Shown: positions 37,690-53,068, counted from the stretch's first letter. The stretch: 64,000 nucleotides of DNA from Lingula anatina (GCA_051362555.1 CM120643.1:14296644-14360643); one strand, 5' to 3'. Translations and numbers: made by a program. The notes: generated by a model not told the origin, from the sequence alone.

Positions 37690-40600
37690 CTAAAACATGA
37701 TGGCTGTAAGTGTTGCCAAGACAACAGTAACAATTCCATAGGTGGCAGCACTGCTCCCACTTGTTTTGTTCCCTCCTCCCTGCCCAGCAGTGTTAGTACA
37801 ACCAACACATTCTGGACATACCTCACACATGGTTTTCTGAGCTTGTGGCTGGTAGAACACAGTGGTCTCCACATCTGAAAAAAAATATTATGTGCATTTA
37901 GTACACCTGTCAGGCCTGTAGACAGCAATTTCAAGAAGGGGATTTTTCTTCTGAAAAAGTGGACCTCTTTATCTCCCCCCCTTCCTGACCCACACTGACA
38001 CTAACCTCTTCACAATAGCCTATCTTCATCGTGTCAAGTTACCTCTGACCACATTCGATTGCCCCCGCCGCCCGCCAATCAAATTTAAAGCCCGCACTCA
38101 ATGACTCATTGAGCCAATGAACGCGAACGAGTCAAAGTGCGCTTTGTTCAAATCCGGACCAATCAGAGATAAGGCTCAATATCAGGGACTTGCCGTAACC
38201 TGTGGGCAGCACGCAAAATACATCATCCCTCAGTAGATAATGATGCAGGGCCTCAAACTGCTCTGGTTTCAATTCCCATATACTCATATTTTGCAAAGAA
38301 TCAAGAGATAACTTAACACATTATTTTACGTAGTCACTCGTAGAAGACACCATGCTTTTTTTGTGTACGGTTATGCACTCGGCACTACTTGGATGTCTCC
38401 GCACTTGACAATAACTTTGTTGTTAGTATGGAGCTTGCGGAATCAGCCGAGGATTACCGATTGACGGTCAACCAATCAGCGTTTTCACCAAACTTTGGTG
38501 AAAAATTTTGAAACTTGGATTCGATTGGCTTATATTAACTAGGTCAAACTATTTTCGTCAGAGGTAACTTGACACGATGAAGATAGGCTATTGTGAAGAG
38601 GTTAGTGTCAAGTTATCTCTGAAGCTCAGGGTGCACTGGATGAACCCAAAACAATAAATCATAAAAAAAATTAACAACACTTAACTGAGACTGGTTCTTT
38701 AGCATGTGGCGCCATTCAAACACATTACATGTAATACCACATTGTACTTACTGGTTGTAAACAAGTGATGCCATAAGCAATATATGTAGTTGTCTAGACA
38801 ACAGCCACTGCTAGCTCTTTGTAACTTTGAACAAATAAATGAAACAAGCAGCAAAGCTGTTAAATGTGCAGACATAAAAGGAAATAATGATGCCATTATG
38901 ATATGGTGTGTATCGACAATTTATATGCAATTTTATATGATGCTTAACAGCAAAATCAACACCAAATTTTAAATATGCACAAAAAGTGACATGGACACTA
39001 GGAATACCTTAAAAGTTGTACAGGGTTTCCAGGCATTTCATGAACATTTCATAAAAAACTGAAACTCAAGCTGTATTTTAGCCCTATGTTTCTTTTCTGT
39101 AAGTTTGAGAATCGTAAGTGACATGGTTTTCCTTAAGTGGTCATTAACGAGACAGTTTCCAAAACTGGGTTTTCTGCAATATTGACGCAACATGACATAA
39201 AGCTTGACAACACCATCACCACCAATTTTTAACTATAAGTATTATGGATATTCAGAAAATGTGACCACTGTAGTAAAGATCTTCATGCCCAAGGAAATTC
39301 AAAGTCACACAATGAAAATTACAATATTTGAAAAATGAACATTTCACAAAAAATGCAACTTCAAATGATAATAATAATAATAAAATAATAATGTGATCAA
39401 GCTGATTTTTAACTAGACAGTATTTAAGTTATATACATTGGTTCTGTAGGTATGAAGACAATAGGTCAATCCGTTTTCCGTAAAATGTTATCTGTATTGT
39501 ATTGTATAATATATGCTGAAAAAAAACAGCATAACTTCAAAAAAAAAAAAAAAAAACTGTTTGATCAAACTGATTTTTTAACTTAACCTGAATTTTAGTA
39601 ATATTCATCACTCCTGTAAGTTTGAAGTCAATAAACCTACTGGTTTTCCTTGAAATGTGTCATTTATATTGCATATGGTATAGTATATGCTAAAAAAAAT
39701 TGTGGAAAAATGGTTTGATCAAGTTTACATTTGAGCTCTACCTGTATTTTGCTAATATGTAATTTTGAAGACAAAAGGTTAGGCATTTTCCCCTAATTGT
39801 GAAAACTCTGAAAGTGCATGGTGACGGCAATGAAAGACGCAGGTGATGGCTATATGCACAGACACTATATGTCTGTACATAAAAAAACTGCCTGAATTAT
39901 GATTCTAAAATTCAACATATTACCCCTGTGACACAATTATTATCCAAATATGAAGGTAAAAGTACTATCATTTGTCAAAAACAATGTGGAATAACTCATT
40001 CTGACAGTGATGCCTTTGTGTCTTTTGAATTAAAAGACATGACATGCTCACCAACAAGTTTTTGGACAAAAATGGAAAATACCACAACTTTTGGTATCGA
40101 GTACAGAAATAAATATTTGCCAAATTATTTTAATTTTTTTCAACTTGTAAAAGATTCACATTGTACATCAGCGCAAAAAATTATTTTTGTTTTAGTTAAA
40201 ATATGACATACATTTGTAAATATGCACTGGTGGAAATATGGATGTCAACATGCAAAGTTTTACAGATTGACACACATTTTTGCTTGATAATAAAACATAT
40301 GCTATGGATTGAGGCATTTCATCCATTAATAACAGTACTAAAAAGTAGTATGTGCACAAAGCTTTCACACACTACATATGAACAGTCCGGAAAACGTCCA
40401 ACCCTGATCATTTAGGACAGAAGACCTGAAAAACCAAAGATGATGAAGAAATAGGAAGATAAAAGGGATCAGTTGCTTTAATATCAAATCACTATATTTA
40501 CCATTTTGATAGTAAGCTGACAGTGTGATGGGGGCCTCCTGGACATTGGTCACTGCCGCCACCCTCTGGGCCTTGACCATCCAACATTTTTCATCAGTGG

Positions 40601-41446
40601 GTAACTACAGAAAAAAAAAAAAAAAAACAATGTGAGATGTTGAAGGTCATGTTATTAAGTGTTTTCGACGGTGTGTGCATACTATCACGTGTAGCAACTA
40701 GACATGACTGGGGATCGAGACACGATTGGCGCGACACGAATGGTGGACAGAAGGAGTCCAGTTGTCTATAAAAACATGTGGGATGTCCAAGGTCATGTTA
40801 TTATGTGTTTTAAACGGCGCATGCATGCTATCACATGTAGTAACTTGAAACAAATGGAGGACAGAAGGTATCCAATTGTCTATAAAAAACACGTGAACCC
40901 CTTAGGGAAATGGGGAGCATTTTAGTAAACAACTTCTGATTCATGTATGACAAATGAACCTTTAGGTAAGACTGTTACTGTAATAGTTTCTCCACACACT
41001 AACTACTTTTCAACTGATACATCCATCCCTTCATAAATCTAAAAATACCTCATCAAAATATGCAACGAGTTTCTGATCCTCAGTCTCAACTTTCTTAATC
41101 CCATCTTGCTTGCGGAGTTGGTCAGCATCAGCTGCATACCCCGAGACAACCCCATACTCTAGGGTAACCATACCACTTCTGTCAACACCAGTCCACCTGT
41201 GAGCAATGGAAATAATTTTTCATTGAAAACTGAAATTCCATACTGATTTAACGGGATAATAACTCTTTGTATGAGATACATATTTCATATGAAAATTATA
41301 AGCATAGAAATATAATTCCTTTTTACAATCAATATGGCAATTTCTTCAATTTTTCTGGTATCTGTGCTTGTCACTGGGCCATGTGACCTCCATAGATGGC
41401 TATCAAAGGTAATAATGTCTTAAGAGATTTTAAAAAATCTTTTTAG

Positions 41447-41480
<34 letters not shown>

Positions 41481-44400
41481 AGGAACTAACTTTAATGGTG
41501 GAATTGATTCATTAACCACTGGTAAGTATGGAAAAATTGTTGTTTTTACCCCAGGCAAATCCTTTTTTTTATGTTTTGTTTTTTGTTTTGCCAAAATGAA
41601 CATTTTTTCTCTCTTAAAGTTCTGAATAATATGTAGGCAAGAGAAAACACTGATACACTTGCATCTACCCAGTGACAATATATTTCACATAGGAAAAATG
41701 CCCAATACTGAAGAAAGTTCTCTCTAAATAATATTAAAATATACATTTTTTTTAGAATCAACATACTATGGTGTTTAAATGACTGGTTAGCATTAACAGA
41801 CTTGAAAAGAGCATGTTTTCAACATTTTAACTGACATTAGTTGCACAAAAATCATTAAAAAGCCATTTAAATTACTACCGAAGGAGTCTCATAATGGCAA
41901 AGCTTGGGAATGAACGTCATTCCGTTATGGCTTTTGAGATGAATTAAAATATGTGAAGTTGGTAGCTGTAATTGATGACAGCATACTAGATAGCTATTAA
42001 AAAACCAGTATCCCTCTTTAAATGCTGGTCTTATGAGAAATGCCAGTGAAGCCTAAACCAGGCCAGTAAAGATGATGGAATTTTGTTTACTAATTATAAA
42101 GGACTCATTCCTACTGAACCTATCGGTCTATATGGATCGTGCCAACTCCGCAGGGAATCTAACTTAATATAATCAATCTGTTCAACCGTAGATTAACAGG
42201 TCTTCTCATGTTTCCAAAAAACACTCGCATAACCATCAGCTTTTCTGTATTCTACTCAACACCAAGAAGTGGCGTGATAATCTGTTAAACTAATTGCAAT
42301 CAGTGAGAGAGTGTCCACAGAGTTGGATGGATCTGTGTAGTCTGACAGTTTCAGTGCATTTATTAGGCCAGTAGATTCTCAGATTCTTGTATTCTGCAGG
42401 GCCAATAGGCCAAGAAGCTCTATTATTATTAATAGCTTATTATTGATACGGTACCTTCCACAGACTTGAGCTTCCATGCTATTCTTGTCCTCGGACTCTT
42501 GAACATTCACTCTCAGTGCAATTCCATTGTTTTCACTGGAGCTGCCAGAGTCTCCGGTTTCTGGGAATGTCTTGATGTAGTTGGCTTTCTTATATCCCCC
42601 AGCCTTTACATTAAATATGGAGGACACCTTGTGAAATAGAAGAGAAACAAACATGCAAAAACTCATCTTATTAGCAAGTCTAAAAGAGTGCTAAACCCAG
42701 ACTCAGTAACTAAAACAGACCAAACACCATGGTTTTATTCTTTTCTTGATGAGATGGCTAGTTTGCTTGTCTTATCCTTAGCCATGAATCTTTAGGACAC
42801 CCGTGGAAAAAAAAAAACTTACATGTACATCTACAGCAAGATTAAGCATAATGCTGAAGGCAAAAGAAATTGCAAATTACACTAAACAAATTTTCTACTA
42901 ATTTTGAAATGGTAGTCTACAGTCCCTGTGCGTTAATTTGCAAGCTATCATCAGAAATCATAAACTCACATATCCCATGGCCGGCACTCTAAACAATAGG
43001 ATATGATTGCACTTGTATTTCACTAACACACTTACCTGTACTTAAATACTCTCTGGTGCATTCATCCTGTTGTTCGAAGCGCCAGACATGGAACAAGTAA
43101 ATACTTACTGTCCACTGTTTGCAATATGCAAAAGCAGGCCTGTAGCCAGGGGGGGTTCAGGGGGTTAGAAGAAGCGCAATTTTTTCAGGAAAAGGTCTAT
43201 TCTGGGTAAAATTTGATCTAAGTACACAAAGGTTTCATTGTAAAAGGTCCACTTTTTCAGAAAATAACCCCCCTTTTGAAATGACTAGCTACGGGTCTGA
43301 AAAGCAATTTCTACCTGGGCTGCACCTTGATATAATGACGCTGTCAAATGTCACATACAGTGGACACCTTGTGTTTTAACTAGAATACATATGTATAAAC
43401 CATTTTCACAAACATTTCATTGTCGCTTTTACCAATCACTTAATAATGCACTGAATACCTGAATCAAGCCGACACCAGTGCCGGTCACTCTTATGGTCAC
43501 TTCTCTTGTGCTCTTCTCCAGCTGTAACCAACAATAATACTGGCATGAAGATTTATAGCACACGTGTGTGAAACACCTGTACATTTCTTCTTAATAACTT
43601 AATATCTTTAAAGCTCTTTTGGGTTTGAAAATTGATTGTATGCAATATTTTGATGGATGAGAAATGGAAGATGACAGAGTAAGTTGTCATGTAACCTCTT
43701 TCCACTTCACTGACAAAAAAAAAAGGAAAAAAAAAAAGGGAAACTGACAGGGGAATTTATAGCTGTATACAATCAAGTTTATTGTCAGGTCGAAATATTC
43801 AGAATCATTAAAAATTTTCAAAGTTATTTCTTGATATTCATCCAGTGGGAAATACATAATGGTGACACTGTCTGTATTATTAATAATAATTATAATAATA
43901 AAAAAAAATAATAATAATAATATGCTTATCCCAGCTGAGTTATCTAGTAACAGTGTACATTATTGGCAAAAATTGTTTATTCCATAATAATTAAACAATT
44001 TTGAATGCCACAATGTGTAACACTTCGTTTATACACAGGTTTTATATTAAATGACATCAATGTGCATTAGGATGAAATACTTTAAGTTAACAATATGTGT
44101 ACACTTCACCTTCAAATCCATACATTACCTGTATTTTTTGCAACACAAGATCATTCTGGTCAGTAATTGGGGTGAAAGAGCTTGCAACATCCTGATCAGC
44201 GGTAACAGTGATCTGCAAGTTTTTATTAGTATTGCCGGACAGAGCTGCAAATTCCGCCAGGGCAGTAAGACCCATAACTGTGTCCTGAAATTAAATTAAT
44301 TAAAATAAAAAAAAAAAATAGTAACAAGAACTAAAATTAGAAGCAACTCTGGGAAAACCCTGTGCACTTAAATTTACATGCATTTTTTTTTTTTTGTTAT

Positions 44401-46449
44401 TAAAAAAGAAACAAAATCTCAGGACCTGCAATTCACCTTGTTAGCTGTCAAAAATAACTGCAAAGCTAAATTGAAAGTCGGATGTATCCTTTGTATTCAA
44501 ATTCAAATAAAATTCTATGTATTGTATTGCATTCTATTGTATCATGCTGCATATGTTCCCTTAGCAAAATGAAAAGCTTGCAGCAACAGTTTGCAGGAAT
44601 TTGCAAGAAAAAAATTATTGCTGCTAATTTGCAGCCATATTGCAGCAAACTTGCTGCAAATTTGCAAGAAGGAATTCCAGTTTGCAGCAATATTGCAGCA
44701 AACCCATCACAAACTCACTACAAATTTGCAGCAGATATGATATTTTGCTAAGGGTAATACATTACCTGAGTGGATCTGAAGCCTCCATGCCCATTTCTCT
44801 GAGATGTCAACCACTTCATCATGGGTATACCAGTGATAAGATCTCTCTTTGCCAAATACGTCAACAGGACATATGATGTCATCTCAATGGACGATGACTT
44901 GGCCTGATGGTGATAGAAACGGGAGCCACTCACAGGCATTGGGTCACTTTGATCTTCCCAAAACTTCATTCCGTCTATAAAAGAAATAGAAGTATTTACA
45001 TTATAAGATGTTCACCTCTTGAAATAAGGAATGGAGGCCATCCATACATCTTGAAATTATATTTGACTTTTCAACACAGAGACAAATTCCAAAACTACTT
45101 TACAACATGTCATAGTTATGCATTATAAAACTGCAAAAGAGGAATCATGACATAGGGCTACTAAGATGAAAAAAGAAAGCGACAACTATTTCAATTGATA
45201 TTAGACAAAGAGCAAATGCCGCTTTCCACAGTGCCATAGAGTGCATACAAAACAGCAGACTAACAGATCCACGGATCAATTATGATGACCCATGAAAAAG
45301 CTAGCTGCTTTATTTCCAATTATACACTGAACAGTTCTTAATAGAAAAAGGGAAATTTCATTCAAAATGGTAACACCTTCCCATCTTTGACTATAAGCTA
45401 AAAGCCAGCCGTAAAACCTTTAAATTAAAAAACCTCTATAAAACACCAGATGTCAGCACATGCCAGAATGATCCCTTAATTTCTGGACGGGCCCCTCTTG
45501 GGCAGCAGACTTCTCTTTGTAGCAATGTACATTTTACCTTTTTCTGTTGCCATGGGTTCCAGTTTGGCCAAAGTCTGGTCAGCCAGGGATTGTTTGCCTG
45601 CTTTGATAAAGGCATACGCCATAATGGACAGAATATATGGGTCAGTGATGGACGATAATTCAGTTTCCAAGAATCTCATTGCATCGGCCAAGTTGCGAGC
45701 ACTGCCCGAGGACTGGAATGAGGATTGTCACAGTGACAGTTCAAATTCATAGTAATAAAATGGAGAATTTGACAGATTGAAGACAAAAAAAATCTCAATG
45801 AGCATGTATTCCTGATGTTTTTTGACTATTATTTAGTACTTCTCAACCATGGCAACTTAATTTGTGCAGTTTTTACCTACGCCAACAAAACAATGTTTTC
45901 ACTGATGCTAGTTTGTCTGCATGTTTGTTATTGAATAAGATATCTCAAAATTGTCTTCAACATTTTTGATGATGATGATTTGAATTTTTAATATTCACGT
46001 ATTCTTTAGAAAAATGTATAACTTACAGAGAGTGAGGCCTGGGCTTCAGCTAAAGCTGAGGCCACATAAGCTGTCAGGGAAGTCCCACTGCCTGCTTTAC
46101 CCTAGTAAAATAGACAGTACACAAAATTTAACGAACAATTGTAATTGCGAAATTATCATGTGAAAGACTCTATGAAAATGAATTGATTGCAAGGTATACC
46201 CCCCTCCCCACCAAAGCACTAATAAAAGAAAGTTAAATGATTTGTTTTCTGATTTTATCATACTCAATGGATTATCTTAACTTTAAAGAGTTTTCAAATG
46301 CAAACTAAATTTGTTCCATAAGACTGTATATGTTATCTAGTTTAAAACAATTTTCATTATATCAAAAAATGTCAAAATTTTCTTTACTAATATAAAAGAT
46401 TGAATATCATATGGCAAAAATATAGAGATACAAATAGATACCCATGCCC

Positions 46450-46480
<31 letters not shown>

Positions 46481-49400
46481 ACACACACACATTTATCAAG
46501 CCCAGACCTGCATATCCTTGTGAATAACATTTCCTGGCTCTGGAAAAGAACCATCTCTGCTTTGTTTCTTCAAAATCCAGCTTGTAGCGTTGTTGATAAT
46601 GGCTGGGTCAATAAACACTTCTGGGTCATTCAGCATCTTCAGCTGGTGGAATGATTTCATCACAAATGCAGTCAACCTGAAATTAAAATAAAATCTTTAG
46701 CCTTAAATTTTGAAAGAACTAACCTAACTGCCATTCTTTCACAGTCATTCCAATTTCTCCATAATAACATGGTCATAATGAGAGAAGGACGTGAAACGCG
46801 GAGCAAGATCAAAGGATAATCGGCTTAACGTGAGCTCTTCGCGAAACCATGTGCGTTCGGATCACGCGACCTCCCGTACAGATAAGAGAGCATATCGCAG
46901 TTGTCAATGACTTTTTGTGTCATTTGGGCAGGTAGTTCGCGATAATGTGAGTCAATCTTTCGGGTGGATGAGACAAAACAATTATAGAGATTACGTAAGT
47001 ATAAGTACAATTTGTTCTGTCAATTTGGAATCTATGTGAGAATTTGATATGTTTATTCATGGAGGAATTCAAAATGCCCTATGTGGTAAAGGCAATCTTG
47101 TTTGTTGCCGTAAAATGAGCATTCAAAATTGTACAATTGTAGTGTAGTATACTTGTTTTCAGCTATGGTCCGATTGGAAAATATTTCTAGTGTCAAACTT
47201 TTCTTTCTACTTGAGAAATTAGCCTGAGACGTGGCAATAATGAAACCTTCAATCGTGTCTTGAATAAAAATGACGCAATTCCTCTCCGATTTATTCAACT
47301 CGCTGACATAGTTTTAGGTCTGGTATTTTTTACGTACGGTTTAGGGTGGCATTTACACTGCTGTGTACTATATGAAAAGGTTTATATTACTTGCTTAAGT
47401 GAGTCCGAATTAAGGAATGATAATTAATATTTTTAACATTCAATATGGGCTCTCGTTGCAATAGGGCACCACACACGCATTCGTGACCCACAAAAACGCA
47501 CCTGTGGGTCGTTTGATATTCTTTTATCAAAGTTGACATTAACACTGCTCTGAAGTATATATAAATGTATTTACACATTACCGGCTATGGTCTGCTCCAG
47601 TCTGAGAATGATAATTATTATTTTTTCAACTTTCAATATGGGCTCTCATTGCAATATGGCACCACACACGCATTCGTTATGCACAAAAACACACCTGTGG
47701 GCCTTTTAATATTCTTTTATCAAAGTTGACATTAACACTGCTCTGAAGTATATATATATATTTAAATTGGAGTCCCTAAACAGCATAGAGACAATTGACA
47801 AACACCTTCATTGGTCTTTTAATTTAAGTATAAATGTGGACATGTACACATGCAAACTTCATGATTATATTTACTTGGGTAATGGTCATAAAAGTGGATC
47901 TTGATCACATTTGAGATTAAAGTCTCACCTCTGTAATTGGCTTGCTGCATTGCATTATCTGGTTATCAGATGCGTTTGGATAGCACCTACCTGGCTTTAT
48001 TAGTCAACATGCTTTTAAACCAGTTATATATCAGTTCGACATATATCAATACAATCTTGGAAACGATAACAAGTATAGACAAAGGCCAGAGTCCGTTTTA
48101 ATTAGGTAACAGGAAAAAGAAACTGAAAACCCAAAACAAATTTCCACTTGTTGACCCAAGTCTATGTGCTAGCAACTACAAGATGGAGGCAATGCTGTAT
48201 CATAGCAACCACGAGGGACCGCGAGAAATTGCTTTATCCATGCAATAGAACAAAAGAATTTCAATGAGGCACAGCGCGCGCTACCTTGATCATAAGTTCT
48301 TCAGGCTCCCGTGGAGCTATCAAAACAGCTTATCTGAGACGATTAGCGAATGTTTACCCGAATGCACATAGCTTCAAAGGAAGATTCTGCATTTCACGTC
48401 CTTCTCTCATTATGTCCATGATAATAACTGCCAGTTATTCAAAGTATTTCACACTTAATCCATCTACCTTACATTTACAATTATAGGATCCTGGTTGCTA
48501 AATTAAATTTACCAACTAGTGGTCAGTGAGTAAAAGGAAAGTTTGGCGTAGTCAAACGACATTTTATGGCGACAACAATCTCTAGAGCTTAATTACGCAC
48601 ATGCGCATTCTGCACATGCTCAATTGTGCCCTAGAGGGGTAATCTCCATTGAGGCACATGTTGCTACTTATACCATGGGGCATCACTGCCTGGCCTCATT
48701 CTGCTTGATTCATTCTGTTCACGTGCATGATACAATTAAGCTTCAAGTTATCTCAAATCTTCAACTGAAATCTTCAGTTCAAAAAATTTCATTTTACCTC
48801 TATGAGAACTTTCCAGCAGTTCACTCGATCTGTTGAAGCGTACAGTGACAGATTCTGCACAACTTCAAGCAAGGATCAACAGTACAATTGCCGACTGTTA
48901 CATGATTGCGGTAAGTTTTATTTTCTCTAGCGATTTAGCAGTTGCTGTTGACAAAACGTTTTCTATCCAGGAGTTTCTTGTTTGCTCCCAAGGCGGTCAC
49001 TGTGACTGCACAAAGAAATTAAGGGTCCTTGCGTGTAGAATCTCCAGTCACCTGATGACATAGGCGGACGCAATGTCCCGAAATTTATTGGATATCACAT
49101 GGGCACCTGCTATGCCGATTCAGTTACCTACTTTTAGTTTCCCACTTCTATCATATTCCGTGTCAGACGTTTTACTGTTCAGGGTAGATACCTTAGTAAG
49201 GTATAGTATCTTGCTCAGTCTGACCTGCACATCGTTATAAACCAGCTTAATTAAAAAAATCAACCCTCCTTTCCTCATCAACTATTCGTTTTTGTTATCA
49301 CTGAAGTTACCATTTATACCTACTGTTTACTTATCATTGCGTTTCACATTTATAGCTCTGTCTTTAAGTCTTCTGAAGAAAATTTGTGGTCTTATATCAA

Positions 49401-50158
49401 TCACATCTCTCCTACTTGGGTTCACTTACTTAGGGCATTACAACGGCCGCATTACAACTGACAGAGCATCTCAAGGAAGACCGTCTATGACCAAGATGAC
49501 TGCAAGGTAACAAAGGGTGAGAAAAAAAGCTCCACCTTGTGTCAAACAGTTCTGATCTTTAATAACTTACCACATGCTCCCGCTGTTATCATTATTCCCA
49601 AATGCACTAAATGACCCATCATCATGTTGATAGTTTAGCTCTCTCTCATATCCTGGTAATCAAAATGCAATCATTAGACTACAACAAATTCAATTTATTT
49701 TCAAAGCAGCAGTTAACTATATAAAGTTTGCCATCTACGAGTTACCTGAAAATATTCACTTCAACACAACAAAACACAGGACTGGGGCATTTAAGTTTTA
49801 TGAACAAAGCCTCAAAAGTATAAATTTACCTTACAAATCTCATAATATTACTTGAAACTTCTCATAAAATACCCCATCTGTGCTCTGATAATCTACACAC
49901 CTTAGTTCTAGTTAACCTTAGTTCATTTATTATGGATACATACCCAATTTCATGAATTTGGTGGTCTTTGCACGGATGTCATTAGAGAGTCTGTCGACAC
50001 CTTCCAGATATTTTCTCACTACAATGTTGGGCACCAGCCCCAGCATGTTCTGCTCCCCGCAGCCAGTGGGTTGTCTCACCAGTCTCTCCAGACCATCCAG
50101 GGTGGACCCCATTATATCACCTGAGAAGAAAGCATTGGAAATGATTTAGATCCAGAAA

Positions 50159-50192
<34 letters not shown>

Positions 50193-51969
50193 TCTCTGTC
50201 TCTCTCTCTCTCTCAAAAATAAAACGTGAATTCAATGTAAGCTGGTTAACAAGTATTTTTTTTATTCTCCAAAGCTTCCTGAATTCTCAAATAGTTAAGG
50301 TTAAACATGTTACATGCTACTATACACACACAAAAAGAGCCCTAACTGGGAAAAATTTAGAAACAGTCTGGAAGAAGCACTCCCACCTCTCCTCTCCAAA
50401 TAAAAGCCCTTAAAAGAGAATCCCGCAGTCCAAATATTCACCACAACATTTATAAGTATCAGAAATCTGTGAACTATAATCAGTATATACTTTATTTCAA
50501 ATGTTTCTATCAGTACATTCAAACTAAGCTGTTATTTTCAAGCTGAACTTTGACAGCATGATGTCACTAGAAAAAAAACCAAGACTCCACGTGAAGTGAG
50601 TTGAACTTTTTAACCAAAATCTCATCAAATCAATTCCTATTAACACCTTACCAATGGCTGACACAGTGATGTACTCTGACCCAGGGACGAGGGTGCTGGC
50701 ATTTGCAATAGGCAGCTGAAGGGTTTGTTGAAATGGAGTCGATGATGTCACGTTCACTAATAATGATTGTGCAACTTCTTGGAGTTTACCCTCAGGCTGA
50801 AATTATCAATAAATTTAATCAGGTTCAAAGCTATAAGCCTTTCAACTCTATTTTACAAAAAGCAAATTGAAGAAGTTCCTGAATATGACCGGTACGTGTC
50901 CTTAAACCTTATCAGCAGTTCTACTGATTTTATTGGTAGCAGTAAATTATAGGGATAAGACTGAAAAAATCGGAAAATATGACATGGGGTCCAGAGGGCT
51001 TCCTAGGCCAATAGTATTTTTGACTCCAAAAAATTCGTAAATCTGGTACATGTAATAGTTGGAAAAATCTTATCCCTGAAATTAAAATCTTTTTTACTTT
51101 CAGTTTGCTTCCATGTGCTTTTCACCAAACCTTGACCTCCAAAATTTTTCTCTGCTTTTGACCACTGAGGTTGACATAACAGTGAAATTAAAAGCAGCAG
51201 GATTGTCAAAAGCCATCATGATTGTTGTCACCTTCACAAGCAACATTTTCTCCATCCCGTCTGCTGCAGAGGTGGACTGGGCATGCACCTCGACCTTGAC
51301 CCCTCCTAGGTCCTGAGGAACTATCCAGAAAGAGGTGGAAGTGCCTCCACCTGCTGGTACCTGAGAACATCAAAAATATATAGTAAAGCTAAACTTTTTC
51401 AAATGTCTGAGTGAAACAAAGTTTTCTCATATCTATAATCTTGAGAAATCTTGAAAAAATTTCCATTATTAGACAAGGGATAAAGTACAAAAATTATCAG
51501 ATCACAATTATTGTTATTTTATTATCATTTTTGTGAAAACAAAAAAAATTAACAGAATCTGGAAGTCATGAAAAGACTTATGTCACAGAAAAGAATGACT
51601 TTTAGCCCATTTTTGGTAAAATTTTCATAAAATTAGATTAGGCAGGTTCAATTGAAATAATTTCAATAAAAGGTGAATAATAAACTAAAAAGATTTAAAT
51701 ATATAATATGATTAGACCAGGAAATTTAAGGGGAAAAATTACTGACAGTAACCCTCACTTTTATGACATTCTTGACTTCAGCAAAGGCAAGACCTGAATC
51801 AATCTTGTTGCTTGATTCTTCCTTTCCTTGAACCTTAAAAGCTGTGGATCTTTTTAGAGTAACTGTCACCTAAAAACAATAAGACAAAATGCATTTTCAA
51901 CGATTATACAATGAGCATAAATATAAACAGCCCAAGCAATACTTTAAAATTTTTATCAGCATTATTGGT

Positions 51970-52002
<33 letters not shown>

Positions 52003-53068
52003 AATCATACAAAGTGATTCAGAATTTTGTTGTTACTGCCAGTAGCTACAGAGATGCTAGTAGAGATTACTCTCTATAGCCCATTGCACGTTACATTAAC
52101 TTTAACATGGGGAGCTCATAGTTTTTTTGAGAGTGAATAATGTGAAAAATATTAGATATAAAAAATAAAGACTGTAATTCAGGTATTGAACCCTTCAGAA
52201 ATTTTAGTTACCACTAGGATGGTGATGACAAGAAGAGATTTGAAAGCATAGAGTCTAATATTATATAAACTGAACCAAAATCACTATTCAAACTATCTTT
52301 TAAAATTATGTGATTAACAAATACTTTTCCATTTTTTTTTACATTCCATATAACAGCACATAACACAGGAGTTGAAATCAATCTGATTATTTCACAACCC
52401 TTTTTCAGAAGTTCACAACATTTTTTCATTAATTTTCAATATTATACTAAGACCCAGCCAATAAGCAATAAAATGTATCTCACATAAAAAATACCCATAA
52501 CTTACAGTTTGGTCCACTCCCATGTAGTTAAACACTATAGCCTTCAGTTCCAACTGTTCTCCTCTTACCACCGAATATGGCAGGTTAACAGTCACAAAGA
52601 ACGGTTTAAATGCACGCAGCTGAAAATTCAAATAAAATATGCCACTATATTTGACTGACAAGTCCATGCAGGCATGCACACACACAAATGCAAGTTATTA
52701 GACAAGTCTCCCATATTGTGTTTTAACAAGAAAGATCCTTAAAGGAAAAGGTAAAGAAAAAGTAAAAAGGAGTTCTGTCTACCATTTATTATATATTAAT
52801 AAAAGGTTTGCTAAAATGTTGATTTTGTATATGTATCAGGAGAGAGATTCAAGAAATAAAGCAAAAAGAAATCTATTATGGTAGAATATGTAAAACAACA
52901 CTGAATCTGAACTTTGATCTACTTACTGACATACAGAAAAAAAATCTGACAATCTAATGTTAAACTGCCAAATTTCACCAAATCAGGACAAAATTAAATT
53001 TCAATCATCATTAAAATTAAATGGATTTATTTTACATTTCCCCTCTTGGCTAGTAGATTTACTTTAAA

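Noticed and set aside
38699-38896. Possible alternative (secreted-form) last exon of the TEP
   Set aside because: The ORF lacks the x-T-x-F-Y...CxxC pattern of the true last exon, and no suitable phase-1 acceptor was identified.
43036-43066. 31-nt micro-exon candidate with a strong CAG|GTAAGT donor
   Set aside because: It would shift the frame between two phase-0 exons and has no supporting homology.
46771-49492. Possible 2.7-kb transposon filling the long TEP intron (ggtcata...tatgacc ends)
   Set aside because: The inverted match is only 7 bp, the flanking duplication is imperfect, and no transposase motif was recognised.
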